Assembly (NCBI GenBank): GCA_048128005.1
Contig: JBEUKZ010000016.1
Location: 62,001 to 126,000 of the forward strand
Direction of reading: 5' to 3'
From: Veleropilina oligotropha
Lineage: Eukaryota
Length of the DNA stretch: 64,000 bases
The position numbers and the translations under genes were made by a program. Shown here piece after piece: positions 26,320-39,500 of the stretch; the first letter of the stretch is position 1, and the number at the start of each line of letters is the position of its first letter. The notes beneath the pieces are model-generated. The model did not search any database and was not told the DNA's origin. It saw only the letters and a list, made by a program, of their open reading frames with translations.

Positions 26320-26830
26320 TTTCCCAAATACAAAAACCATCATTTTAAGCTGGATACCAAGCCATATTACCATCGAAGGCAATGAAAAGGCTGATAAAGC
26401 AGCAAGTCAGCTTTACAAATTAACCAACGTATACATTTTAAAATTCCGTATTAAAGATTTGAGTACATATTTTTACATTTAAACTACATGGCAATATTGT
26501 TTGGATGATCTCATAAACTGCAGATTGTCCAGGATCTTCTAGGTGAGTGGGGTCCCTCTTACAGGTTCCTGCGTCGTGAAACGATCGTCTTGGCCAGACC
26601 GAGAATTGGGCATTCTCACCGTACTCACTCACACTTGCTTAAAAGGGGAGCCGAGCCTCCACCTGAGTGTGTTTCTTGGGCAGTAACTGTCCTAACAGTC
26701 AAACATATTGTTTATTGGACTGTGTTGATTTAGACACAATGCGTAAAAAATATTGGCATTCTCACTTCAAAAACTATTTAGTAATATCAAAATTGATGTC
26801 ATTTTAGGTTTTTTAAAAGAAGCTAATATA
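26320..26830 (+). pseudogene. LINE (I/Nimb-like) RNase H and C-terminal zinc-knuckle remnant
   Basis: WIPSHITIEGNEKADKAA, then LARPRIGHS..HLLK..PPEC..LTVKHI..LDC, with frameshifts. Confidence 0.75.
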
Positions 26831-27396
26831 ACCCTTTTACTTTTACAAAATGCTGGTTAATTTTTTTAGCAAATTTATATTATATTGATTTCACTGTATG
26901 TCTAATATGTAAAAATTGAATACTGTTTCTAATATATCTAGTAATTTTAATATTTTAAGTCTCTTGACTCGAATCCGATATTGTTGGCATGGTCGTAAAT
27001 CACTAATTCAATTGAATTCAACTGTCCTGCATTTTGGGATTGCAATCGTGGCATGTTTACCAACATTTATGAATAATTTTCATCAAGGTGGATGAGTTTT
27101 ACAGAACATTGTGTAATTATTTCATGACCCGCCCCTAAAGCCTTATCATTTTGAAAAGGAGTAGGGTCCAACTGTTACAATTTGTTATGAACTGTCCACG
27201 CGTGTCCACTCCCTCCCGTGCAGAGGAAAATTTGGACAATTAGCTGTGTGAAACTCCTTCTCCTGTATTCTGAGAGAGCTAACGTAATGTTAGTTTGCTA
27301 ATCACTATCAACAATATGAATATCACAAGTTGTGTAATTTTTTTCATAAAATAACACCAAACACATTTTTTCCATGACCCACCCTCAAAGTAGATA

Positions 27397-27651
27397 GGCC
27401 GCTTCGGTAGCGCAGTGGGTAGAGTGTCCACTCTAAATTCACTGGCTTGTTTCCGCTGACGCGAACAGTAGTGGGATCGACCCCCGGCTGAGGCAGCACA
27501 CATTTGTTCAAGTTATGAAGCACAGTTGTCCGTGACTGGCCGAAGAGGGCGGGTTTACCAGGGCGACCGGGGTTTCCTCCCGCGATAACACGGACATGTC
27601 CTGCCTTGAACCTCGATGTTGTAAATATACAGGACATTAAGCATAATTCCT
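27397..27651 (+). mobile_element. tRNA-derived SINE (family A), full length
   Basis: A box tagcgcagtgg, B box gggatcgaccc, ggtttcctccc core; perfect 14-bp TSD cctcaaagtagata. Confidence 0.9.
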
Positions 27652-27693
27652 CCTCAAAGTAGATAAAAAATTTGACAATTAATGATGTGAAAC

Positions 27694-28616
27694 CAGAGGC
27701 GTAGGAAGCAATTTTGGTTTGAAGGGGGGGGGGGGGGGGTGTGGGGGGGGGGCGGGTAAGACAGAAATAGGGCACTTTGCATAACTAATTTTAAATAAAG
27801 GATATTTTTTCAAATAGAAATATGAAGGGAGTCAAATTATGCTATCAATGGTCCGCGTGGGGATGGGCCCCACGCGGAAGAAAATTTTGAAACTTAACCT
27901 TGTGAAACCCCCTCTCCTGTATTCTGAGATCGCTAATGAGCTATTTCTGGCCAATATCTTTGAATCATTTTCACCACTCTGTAAAAGATAGGCCAAAGAC
28001 GTTTTTGAAATATGATATGCAGCGGTATATATTACCAGGGACTTCAACATTGAGGGGGACATGATGGTCACCATGATTTTGAAGGGCCTTACGGGGTCGA
28101 ATTATACTATCAATGGCCCGCGTCGTGAGACCCTGTCTTCCTTGGGAAGAATCTTTTGACAAATAACCGTGCGAAACACCCTCTCCTGTATTCTGATGAT
28201 GTAAATGTGATATTTCTTAACAATATTAACGAATCATTTCACCACTTCATAAAAGGTGTAAGCATGTAATAGCCTCATGCCCAGTCTGCTGTATAATAAT
28301 TATACTCCCAAGAAAGATGACTGTCAGTAGATGCAGATATCTCAAGGATATTGTACGCGTGATAAAAGCTATGAACACAGATATATACTTTAAGTCTATC
28401 TGTCTATGGGCATTAGTAAAATATTGGGGGGTGAAATACCCCCTTATTGTATAAAAATCGCACACAATTGCATAACGTGGACATGGTTGGTGCACACATA
28501 TAAACTATGAAGTCGGATTTATACTTATGAGTCTGTCTATAAGGGCACCAATATAAAATGGGGGGGGGGGGGGGGTAATACCCGTTATTTTATACCCCCC
28601 GGCTCCTACGCCACTG
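27694..28616. mobile_element. CAG..CTG non-autonomous hAT-like element, 5-bp TSD
   Basis: gaaac|cagaggcgtagga ... tcctacgccactg|gaaac. Confidence 0.8.
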
Positions 28617-30434
28617 GAAACCCCCTCTCCTGCACTTTGAGAGCGCAAAAAAAACATGCAATGTTGACAACCTTTATGAATAATTTTCACCAAAGTATAA
28701 CACCACACTTTTTATCATGACCCAGCCCTAAAACCACTGTCATTTTAATAATAGGTACTAGAGTCAAACTTTCACAACCTGCGATTAATTGTTCGCGTGT
28801 GGTTGGGGATCCATGCATAATTTTTTGGGCAATTACAGGTGTGAAACACCCCTCCTGCATTCTGTGTATTACAAAATGTTGTGTAATTTTTTCATGACCC
28901 ACCTCCAAACACTGTTTTTTTTCATGACCCATCCCTAAAAGCTGTGTCTTCTTTTCATGACCCCCCCCCCCCCCAATCCCACCGACCCCCACTATAATAA
29001 ATGACCAGTCCCTAACCAAGACTGCCCGGTGGCTGAGTGGTTATTCTATTTTGCATGACCATCCATCGTTGGCTAACTGATTATTCAGCAGGAACAACTC
29101 ATCCAGGTCACGTGATGCTTTTTTGACATGTCAGCAAATAACTAATGGTCTAATTGTTAATAAATACATGCACCGTTGTATGATATTATATGTTCACTCA
29201 TCAACGATGAGATTACGTATTGGTATACGCTGTCAACAATTGCCATGTCCCGGAAAACTTTTTTATATTATATTTTGAAGGCTTCCCGAAAGCGTAGTGG
29301 ATAATAGCGAGGCTCTCAGTTCAATCCTTTACTGGAATATGTATTTAGCAAACGCCACACTTGTCGATAACTGGCCGATACGTGCAAGTTTCCGTGGTGA
29401 TAATATCGAAAAGTCCCGATATGACCAAGAAGTCGGCTCTAATAGGCACTGAACCAAACCAAAACTATATTTACACATCACCAGCCGCTTCAAAATCAAA
29501 TCTTTCATTGGCGGATTACGCAATTTGCCCTAGCAAGCGATGACTTGTTTCGAGATGACTCTTCTCTGAATGCTGTCCTGCATAAAGTTGTTGATTGCTA
29601 GCTCCAAACCAGTGTCGTTCTGGATGGCGTATACATACATATAGTGCATGTTGGTAGGCCACGATTTTCCTCGTCATTAATGGATGACCATGGCTCTCAA
29701 TCTTCTCGTCTGATTATCATGATAGACTTCGAATCATCGATTAACAATCACAATTGATCGTTGGTTGGTGAACTTTCATCCCACGATAATTAAGATTTAA
29801 GGCATAGATTCAAACAAAAATTTGTGACCAAGATGAATCTCCTCTTGAGCCCGTCTTGCAGTTGCAGATAATTAGCTCATCGGGTCAGTGTCGTTCTTCA
29901 GGGTGTTGGCATATCTGTTAGTTGGTAGTCCACGCTTTCCAGGGAAATAACGGCCGCGCTGGTGGTGTAATGGATAACTGCATGGCTCCTTATTCATTCG
30001 CTGAAGGGTGGTTTTCCCGGACGACCGAGCTCTCCCCCGCAGTAATATGAACATGTTCTGGTAACACCATCATGGCGCGTTGATCTAAACTAAACCAAAC
30101 CCTGATCATGATATGGAACCCATATGATCAACTCAGTGACAAGAAACATCATAATCTTGGCGGTGATCATGAACATCATCCCACACAGGTGATCATTCAT
30201 GTTTATTTATCATTCGTAACATTATAATTATAGCAACCGCCAACATGTTTCAGTTTCTTGCTCATGGAGAAGGATTTACTCGACAATAATTTAGTAACCG
30301 CATCTTTAGACTGTGTGAGAAATTCAATTTGCAGATCTGACCCACCATTTAATGCTCATATCAAGAAGAAAAAAGGATAGTGTAGAAAGCACGAGATATA
30401 ACAGCCAAACACAAACATTTACATTTTTCTTTAG

Positions 30435-30589
30435 TGTCAACGGTGGTCTCGCTCTGTCCACCAAGATGGCTGGCATACAAGAACCAGTGCTACTTCGTGG
30501 GGTTGACGCTGTACAACTGGAATGAGGCGTCGATGACATGCGGCGCCCGCAACGCTACGCTGACGACGGTGCTGAACAATAATGAGAAG
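30435..30589 (+). CDS. C-type lectin exon (CTLD1 N-part)
   Basis: TTTAG|..LCPPRWLAYKNQCY..NNEK|GTGAGT. Confidence 0.9.
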
Positions 30590-33500
30590 GTGAGTGCACA
30601 TAGCGAGACATCGATGCGACCCTATTACTGCTGCATGGTGAGATACGGTGGAGAAATGGGGTCGATGTGACCCCGTTTCTGCTGCTTGGTGGGGATACGG
30701 TGGAGACATGGGGTTCTAACATCCTTCCTTTCTGCATGTAAAAAGAAGTATACTGGTCAACCACAGCAAGAAAAACACTCACTGATCGCCTGATATTTTA
30801 AAAGCGCACATTGTATAATTATTATGTAATCTTCTACAATTGTTCATATTCTCGTTTTGAATATAGAAAAGTATTAATTTTATAGACAAACAAAAATGTC
30901 CCTAAAAAACATTCATTGGGTGTTATTTTTTGGTTAGGAAACATCTTAGACTACTGGAAAGGCACCAAATGACATGCTCTAATGCTGAGATCGTAAATAT
31001 GCTACAAGGTACCCCCCTGGCCTCCTTACAATTCAACCAGGCTACGGTCCAGAATGTACATGCCATTTATCCAGACTTCATTTTTTTACTGATTCGTTTT
31101 GAAGAGAAAAGAATTGCCTCATTACTTGACACATTTTATTCCAGACATTCCTGGTACTAAAAGTAAAGCCACTGGCGAATAGAAATCATACGTTTTGGGT
31201 CGGCCTGTCACGCAACTCGAAAAGCTTATGGGTGTGGTCTGATAACACGAAATACACAAGGAAAGGCATGTAAGTACAGTATAATGCTATATACAGGTAC
31301 AATGTGTAAGTGAACCGTGATTACAACATACAGTACTTTCGATATACTACTTATAATAATATCTAAGCGTAACATACTATGTGTATTAATATGTTTGCTT
31401 TATGGTATTATATGGATACGATATAGCTTCTGTGTTTATATTTCTCTTATATTAAACTGTGCTTGTCGGATGTCAACTTTACAAATACTGATGAATTTCA
31501 ACCCGAAAGGTGTATGGTGGTATTCTGTTAAAAACAGAATATCGAACTTGAAAGGCAAAGATAAAACATACAAATATCGAAATAATCCTCCTTTCTTGCG
31601 TGCCACTGCTAAAAGAAGTCTATTGTCCAACGGAGGACTAAGCATTCAACAAAGAATCTGAAATAAAAAATCAGCATGCGAATGACATTCAGCCATTTAC
31701 AACATACAATATTTTATGTTATGAAAAATTGACAACGGCTGCAGAAGGGACCAAACTCGACAAAAAAGAATTGAAGCGAAAAGGTCTTTAACTAATGAAC
31801 AATCATCAGACCATTCAGTGTGTATGTCGATCCCACAACTGGAAATTGCCTATAATATTGACCATAAAATGGTGGAAGATTGTTCGACAGAAGCGGCATT
31901 TAACGGATATTATACTGCAGTTAAGATCCTTTCATTTTCAAGAAGACACATTGGAATTGCAATTGCATACTTAGTCTAATCTAAAAGAATATTTGAAATT
32001 AATTGTAGCCAGTCTCACCACACATTACCGATCGACGACTAGGCCCATTTGTATTCTAGCATTGTTGACCGATACATCATGACAATGCTATCGTAATCAC
32101 CCATAGAAGGAACGAGTGATCTCCAGGGGACTGGTCACCTATTGTATAGGGGTGATGGTTGGATGTGGCATGAACAAATGACACAGGCTTTAAGGGTGGT
32201 TAATGAACTCGTCACAGTGTTTGGGGTGGGTCATGAAAAAATACAGAACGTTTTGTAGTAAATTTTTTGAAACCAAGTTAAAGGAAAAGTATACTCACTA
32301 GAGGATCCAGGAGGTCGTGGCATAGCCCTTTTGAATTTTAAGGCTCTTTTTAGCAGTTTATCAGTTATATTTCAATCGGGACCACTGGTTTCAGGTCATA
32401 TCCGATTGGAGAAACATAACATTATGACATATGCATGGGTGTAGCCAGGGGGGGGGGGGGGGGGGTGCGAACAACCGTCATTGTGACAAAAAAGAAACAG
32501 TAACTCGCACAGCGTGGTATCCTTATCATATCCACACATGCTAGATATTGTGTTTCAGCTAAAGAGTCATATTTCATTGGCCAGCACGAGCTCTCAGTCT
32601 GGTCAAGCATTTCCAATCGGCCTATAGCTTGATTCGGCACCAATTGTTCTCTGGCAATTTAATGTTGGCGGAAGACTACTTACAGGCGCGGATCCAGGGG
32701 GGGGGGTCGAAGGGGTCCGGACCCCCCCCTGCTCAGGTGACCGACGATTTTTCTAACATTGCATATGATCGTAATTTTCGCTTGAGGGGTCAAAAACATA
32801 TAATTTTAAACCCAGAGTGCAGGAGAAGCCGTTTAGCAACCCTAAATTACCAAAACGTTTCTGCCGCGTGGGGCCCCCTCCCCACACGGCCCGTTCATAG
32901 TATCCTCGCGACAGACTGGACCCCCCTCTGCTTAAATTCCTGGATCCGCCCCTGACTTAGCCTCTCCTCCCATAAGGTAAATACGGTATCATCAGTTTCA
33001 GCACTATGTAGGCTACCACTACAGATGTTCCTAGACTTTAGAAGACTCTTTTCGGGTTCGTGTCCGAATAAAGGTGTCGTTCGTCTGTTGTCTGACAGTG
33101 GCGTTCTCTACTGCAAAGCTGGTGGCGCTACATCAGATAAAGACAGACAATTGGTTATGATCTATGTGATGTACTGTGACCAGTGATGAGGCGGTGGGTG
33201 TCGTTGATGGCTGGATCAATCATAGTAGCATGGGATTGATCTTTCCCAGACATATCATGCATATTCTACAATTGAGTACCAGATGGCTATATACATATAA
33301 ATATATATATATATATACAGTATATATATTTACATATCCGTCGATTAATTGAAAACTACCAGCTCAAATTTCACCAAAATTAACTTACTCATTCTCACGA
33401 GTATTTGTAGGTCGATCGTGTATATAACTTTTGCGACACAATTTTGCAAAAATATGCATTTATTAAGCACTTTTATGCATATTTCCTATATAACGTGTCA

Positions 33501-36500
33501 AATATTTCCAGCAAATAGTAATGACGTCATTACGATGACCCTTTAGATTAATCGTCATTGGGTGACGTCACAATCGACGGGGTGGTAAAGCCATGAAGTG
33601 CACTTAGCCATTGTTATGAAAATTTGACGGAAATAAAGAAAAGGTCAAGACATATTCCGAACGCATCGTTCTTGTTGCTTTTTCCTTCTCAGTATAGATG
33701 TTAAAGAATTTAAGGGCAACGATCTAGGGCGACACCTACTTATAGGCTACTGAGTGTTCTTGAGTTTTCAAGAGGAGTATATCACACCTGCATGGTGACC
33801 AGATGACGTTTCAAAGTTGGCATTTGGCTTCTCGGTTGCGCAGATGGAAAGCGCATATACCTGTGGGTTTGCACGTATATTGTTCTCTTCGTAGTAGGAT
33901 GTCAGTTCGTTGAGAGCATTTGTCATCTTTCTTCAACAACACTGGAGTTCAAGGTTGTGCAGCTACACCTATGTCAGCGACGATGTGGACATGTAGGCCT
34001 ATACATAGCCTACCTTCACTTCCCTGTGACAGTCCGTTCTTGAGTTTCTACAATCTGCTCTTACCGCCAAGTTCGACAAAGAAATGCCTGTTCTCGGGCA
34101 TGCTTTTAATCCGTTCGGTTAAACCGTAGCCTATACGCAGAGGCGGCGGAACAGGGGGGGCCGGGCCCCCCCAATACAAATATCTAGGGGCCCAAATATT
34201 TTGGAAGTATTAAATTAATAACGTATTACAAGTAGGGAGAAATATAATCCTAATGCTGGCATTAAAGACAGGCAGTATAAGAGTTTCGCAGTTGATGCTT
34301 TGAAGATTGTGCGAATGGGTGCAGGGGCGTCGCGACAGTTAAGGGGGGTATTTACCCCTCTAATATTTTTGAAGCAAGTACCCTCGCATAAGCTGAATGC
34401 TAACGTCATCACACTATCACAATCTTTGCCATGGTCGATTTCGCGAATAATTATCACTTGCAAAGTTGGCCCTAGCTATTTCGTTCATAGTTTTGTAAGC
34501 GTAATCAATATAAAGACATTTCAATGCGAGATTTCCGGCATTAGCTAGACAATTGCTGCAGTTGAACAAGTTATTTCGTTATCTTATCAGCGATTCGCCA
34601 TCATAATTCCTCCCTAGAACACTTGTAAACCATGCCCGTAATATAGTGTCGGTAAAAATAGTATTGAACAAACGAAGTACGTAGTAAATTTATATTCCAG
34701 AATGCAGCAAAATATGTGGGATAGTACTATTATTATCGAATATTTTAACGTTTTTAATAATTTCTCCTCTCCAAACATGAAATTTTGAGGCAAAAAAAAA
34801 ATGTCAATTTTTGTCCTATAATGCAGGAGAACGCTTTTCAGAGCTTCTAAATTAAAAAAATCTTGGGGGTGCATGCCCCCAAACCCCCCTAGATGTTCGC
34901 AGCCTACGGCCGCTCACGCTGCCTTGGTTAAAGATACCCCCCTAACATGGTGGTAAGGCAAATAGTCTTGTTTAGGGCAGGGGCGGATCCACGGTACCGG
35001 CCACCTACGCCCGGGCGGTAGTCAGATTTTATAGCAAATGTGTGAAAAATCCAAAATTAAAATTTAATGATATTATTAAAATCGGAAGCTTCAGATTGCT
35101 TAAAAGGCATCCAAAAACACTAAAATTTTCTGCTGGGGCCCTAGTGCGGGCCCCAAACCCCACGCCGATTAGGAGTATGTTCATGCATTCAATCCATAGG
35201 GCAGTAGTCAAACATATTGTCTGGATCCGCCCCTGTAGGGCCCCCCCAATGTGAAAATCGTTCCGCCGCCTCTGATACGGACATATTTTGTACGTTCCAG
35301 TATCTTGTGAAGAAGGAATATCTGGTAAACCGTATCGTTGGCAGCTGGAGGATCGACGAACACAACACCAGTCAATCCCCCTTCCTCGAAATCATCTTCG
35401 ATGTATTGGGTGACGCAAAGTACTCATCGCAGACTTACCTGGGCGCAAACCATGCAGTTTGCTCAGCAATGAGAAGTTCGTCAACACGATCAACAACAGG
35501 TCTAACTCGGTCGAGTATCAGGCGTTCAATTATAAGCTTCGCCTTGTAAGTTCGACTCTGAAGTGAGATTGTAGCCTAACTCTTGGAAATCGATCGTAAT
35601 ACTCGGGTTGTAGGCCTATTGGTGAAAATGGTTCATAAAATTTAATGTAGGAAGGCGGTTCCCACCATTATTTGTAATATTTCCGTTGATAATATATTCA
35701 ATAAGTTCTCAATCTACACCTGGCCAAAACACAAAGGTTTGATCGTTTCGTTTGGATACAAATTCAACGCTAAATGTTTTTACCGCCAACGCGACGAATC
35801 GTCTGCAAATTTAAGTGGTCGAACCAATCAGACGTGGTCATCTGATCACGTGTTAATCACATGGTTATTCTCAGACAAAATGTCAGAAACGTGGTCGACA
35901 GAAAAGGTAAGTAAATGTGGGCAAATGAAATGGAAGGTAAACGAGATATGATTTATGCTCTTTGCTCTTCTCGTAGGTCGACACTGGATGTAGTTCAACA
36001 TCTTCATGTTTTGCACGTTTTCGCTTATTCTGCCAGGATAATATATTAGCCTGGGTCTATGATATCGCGGTACTTAGGCCACAGTCCCCGGACGCTAGGC
36101 CCAAAATTACCTGTTCTACACAATGCCCCATATACTGATGTAACGCGAAAATCGCGCGATATGGTAAACAATCGATTTCGGAGCTCATAGCTTTCTAAAT
36201 TGACACTCGACATTCTCAGTATTAACGGAAGAGTTAAACGAAACATTTTTCTTGCTATCGGTATAATTTTCATATTACTATGTTGGAGATAAGCTTATAT
36301 ACGAACCTTTATTCCACACCGTAGCGCACATCCACGAATGTAACGGCCGCCATGGCGGTAGAGGCTCGCAGTAAATATTCTTAAATATTCAAAGGTCACA
36401 GGTTTCCCAGGTCAACACAGGTCACAGTACGAGTACGACACCACATGAAAACCAGCACTGTGGTAAATGTTGTCAAATGAGCAAAGACTGTCATATAATT

Positions 36501-39500
36501 GTGTAAAAAAACACAATTTATGTTCTGTTCACAATAGAAAAATTATAAAATAGTAGTAAACACAATCATAACGACAAATATTTGGGCATTTATTTAAGAA
36601 GATTTATATTTTCATTTACTGCGAGCTTCTACCGCCATGGCGGCCGTTACATTCGTGGATGTGCGCTACGGTGTGGAATAAAGGTTCGTATATAAGCTTA
36701 TCTACAACAGAGTAATATGAAAATTATACCGATAGCAAGAAAAATGTTTCGTTTAACTCTTCCGTCAATACTGAGAATGTAGAGTGTCAATTTAGAAAGT
36801 TATGAGCTCCGAAATCGATTGTTTACCATATCGCGCGATTTTCGCGTTGCACAACTTTCTATATATTATATACATCAGTATATGGGGCATTGTGTAGAAC
36901 GGGTAATTTTGGGCCTAGCGTCCGGGGACTGTGCTTAGGCTAAGTATTATCGTAAATGAACTAAAGTTGGAACTTACCTAAGTATGTCTGTATTTTGTTT
37001 TTGAAAAAAAATCCCTTCATCCTTTCATTCCATAAATAAAATCAATTTATTTCATCTTTATTTACGTAAATTGACACTAAATATGACGCCAGCTCGATCA
37101 CGTCAACTATAGGGAGAACACTACTATGATATCGCGGTAAATGTTATTACAGTGTTAGAAATTAAGTTTTTTGAGCATCGCACATTTGGCTACTGATACC
37201 TTTGTGGCAATTTTTGTTGCCCGACTCACAATTATCTTGTCCGAATTTACAGAAAACAAAAGTGCCTACACGGCTTTAGATAATTAATGCCTGTTAATAC
37301 TATAAATTATCCTTTTAAATCAGTTAAGAATGAGGCTACGCCTGACAGGCAGCATATCTTCGTCTCTCGCTGTTTATACGTACATTTTATGTGCTTTTCT
37401 ACTGTAACAGTGTTTATAAATCGAATTTCATCGTGAAAAGACTACAACTAATATCAAAATGACTCCGGACTTTGTTTAGACTGTGTTTTGGATTATGTTG
37501 CCTTTCCACCTGCGGATGCAATGGGCCAGCATTCTAACATCGCTATCGTTAGTATCTTCTTGTTGGTCGCCATTTGCGCAGAATGTTCCTGATTAACACT
37601 CACTGCGTCGAACAACTGTCCATTGTTTCCTGATTGTACACCAGCGTTAGCCAGGTCATCGGCTACATCTATTATTTCGCTCTCGCCACCGAACCGTACA
37701 GGAGCATTGTTCAATCGTCGTATTAGCTACACACGATCAGAGCTAATGAGTGTGCAGGCTTCGTCTCTAAATTCCAACGTTGCCAATATACTTCAGAATC
37801 TCGCTATTGGCTGCAACCGTCCGAAAACCCGAACGCATCGATCTGGGAGACGATAGCAAAGGAAAATAAGGGTTTTTACGGGATTACCTCGTGCCTCTTG
37901 TGATGTCTTTCGAGGCCCTACTTCAAACATCATTTCTGTTCCTATGTCTGCCCCTACCATTGTACCGTCTTCATTTCAAATTGCCCTTTTCAATGCTCGT
38001 TCTGTTGGATCTGCCTTAAAACGTACTGAAATTGCAGAGTTTTTGAATGACACTGAAGTTGATATTATTTTCCTAACTGAGACATGGCTTAGACAACATG
38101 GCGATGAAGCTAAATGTGCAGATCTAATCCCCGATGGGTACTCTATAAAATGTTATCCCCGCCTTTCTCGCGGCAGTGGAATGGCTGTAATATATCGAAC
38201 TAAGTTATCCAGTCATATTTCTTTCACTTTTGACTTACTCTTTTCACATCCGTCCTTCGAATGTGCATCGGTTACTCTCTGCCTACAGTTTTTCTGTATC
38301 TATTGTCCACCACCCAACAAGAAAACAAATTGACTGATGCAATGTTTCTCACTGATTTACATGAAGTTCTCGATATTTGTAACAGCAGAAATGCCATCCC
38401 ATTTATTCTTGGTGATATAAATATACACTTCGATCGTCCGACAAATCCCACCACCTCAAGAGTGATTGATATTCTTGACATATTCAGTTTTTCTCAAGCG
38501 GTTTACCAACCCACCCATGTTCGAGGCCATATTCTTGACTGGGTAATGCATAGACCAGATGATGGCGTTCTTCAAACAACATTGGTTTCACAAGCCTTGT
38601 GTTCGGATCACTACTGTGTTCTTTGTACTCTGGATGTTGATACTATCAATGAACACAAATGCACGCAGCTTTAGCCTTACGTAACCTTGACTTACCAGCG
38701 TTTAAAACTGGTTTGACCAATGCACTATCTCAGTTCACATTTGCGTCTGCTGATAATCTCTGTTCTGCCCTTCAACTCACCATCAACAGTCATGCCCCTG
38801 TTACCCGTCGGAAAAGGCGGTCTGACAAATCATCGCCATGGTTCTCAGATATTAAAGATGATCTTCGTGCTGCTAAATGACGTAGAAGGCAAGCAGAGCG
38901 CCAATGGCTAAAATCTGGGCTAGAAATCCATAAACAAATTTATACTGCTGCTAAGCAAATCGTGATTAGCTTGTCCACAATGCCAAAACCAAATTCTTGT
39001 GCAATGAAATATCTGTCAGTGCCTCCAGCAAGCAGTTATTTAATGCCTGCAATCGGATATGTGGTCTTCAGAAAGTCTCCCCTCTTCCTTCTATTTATCC
39101 TTTTCAACAACTTCCAGACGTATTTTGCGACTTCTTTGTTTGAAAAGTAGCTGACATTCGCACTGAACTAGACAAACAAGTATCAACTACACCCTCTCCG
39201 GGTGATTTCGAAGGTTGCTCTCACTCAGAGTTCTTAACGTTTCAGCGTATTTCTGAAACCGAACTGAGAGAAATTATAATGTCAAAATCAACAACTTGCA
39301 CCCTTGATCCTATTCCAACACCATTGTTCAAAGATTTTCTCGATACTGTGCTTCCAGCTATTTCAAAGATTGTAAACGACAGTTTATCTAATGCCATTTT
39401 CCCTTCCATCTACAAAAAGGCCCTAGTAAAACATAAACTTAAAAAACCCTCACTGGATCAAGAAAACCTGAAAAATTACCGACCAGTATCAAACTTGTCT

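Larger units (their letters stand above)
26068..29012. mobile_element. PIF/Harbinger-like non-autonomous element hosting nested insertions
   Basis: TAA|gggactggtcatttattata ... tataataaatgaccagtccc|TAA: 3-bp TAA TSD and GGG termini. Confidence 0.8.
33655..35620 (-). pseudogene. Decayed non-LTR RT fragment interrupted by the 34138-35274 element
   Basis: - strand reads ERLILDRV..TQYIEDDFEEGGLTGVVFVD..DTV, then RHFFVELGG..KNGLSQGS..TNALNELTSYY..RANP..AFHLRNREA..GVALDR. Confidence 0.78.

Noticed and set aside
27397..27495. Possible tRNA genes at SINE heads (also 20732, 43245, 50845, 51276)
   Set aside because: A/B boxes are present but there is no cloverleaf; they continue into a shared SINE body with TSDs.
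36080..36090. RAG/Transib recombination signal
   Set aside because: The heptamer is CACAGTC, there is no nonamer at 12/23 spacing, and the TSD is 7 bp rather than 5.
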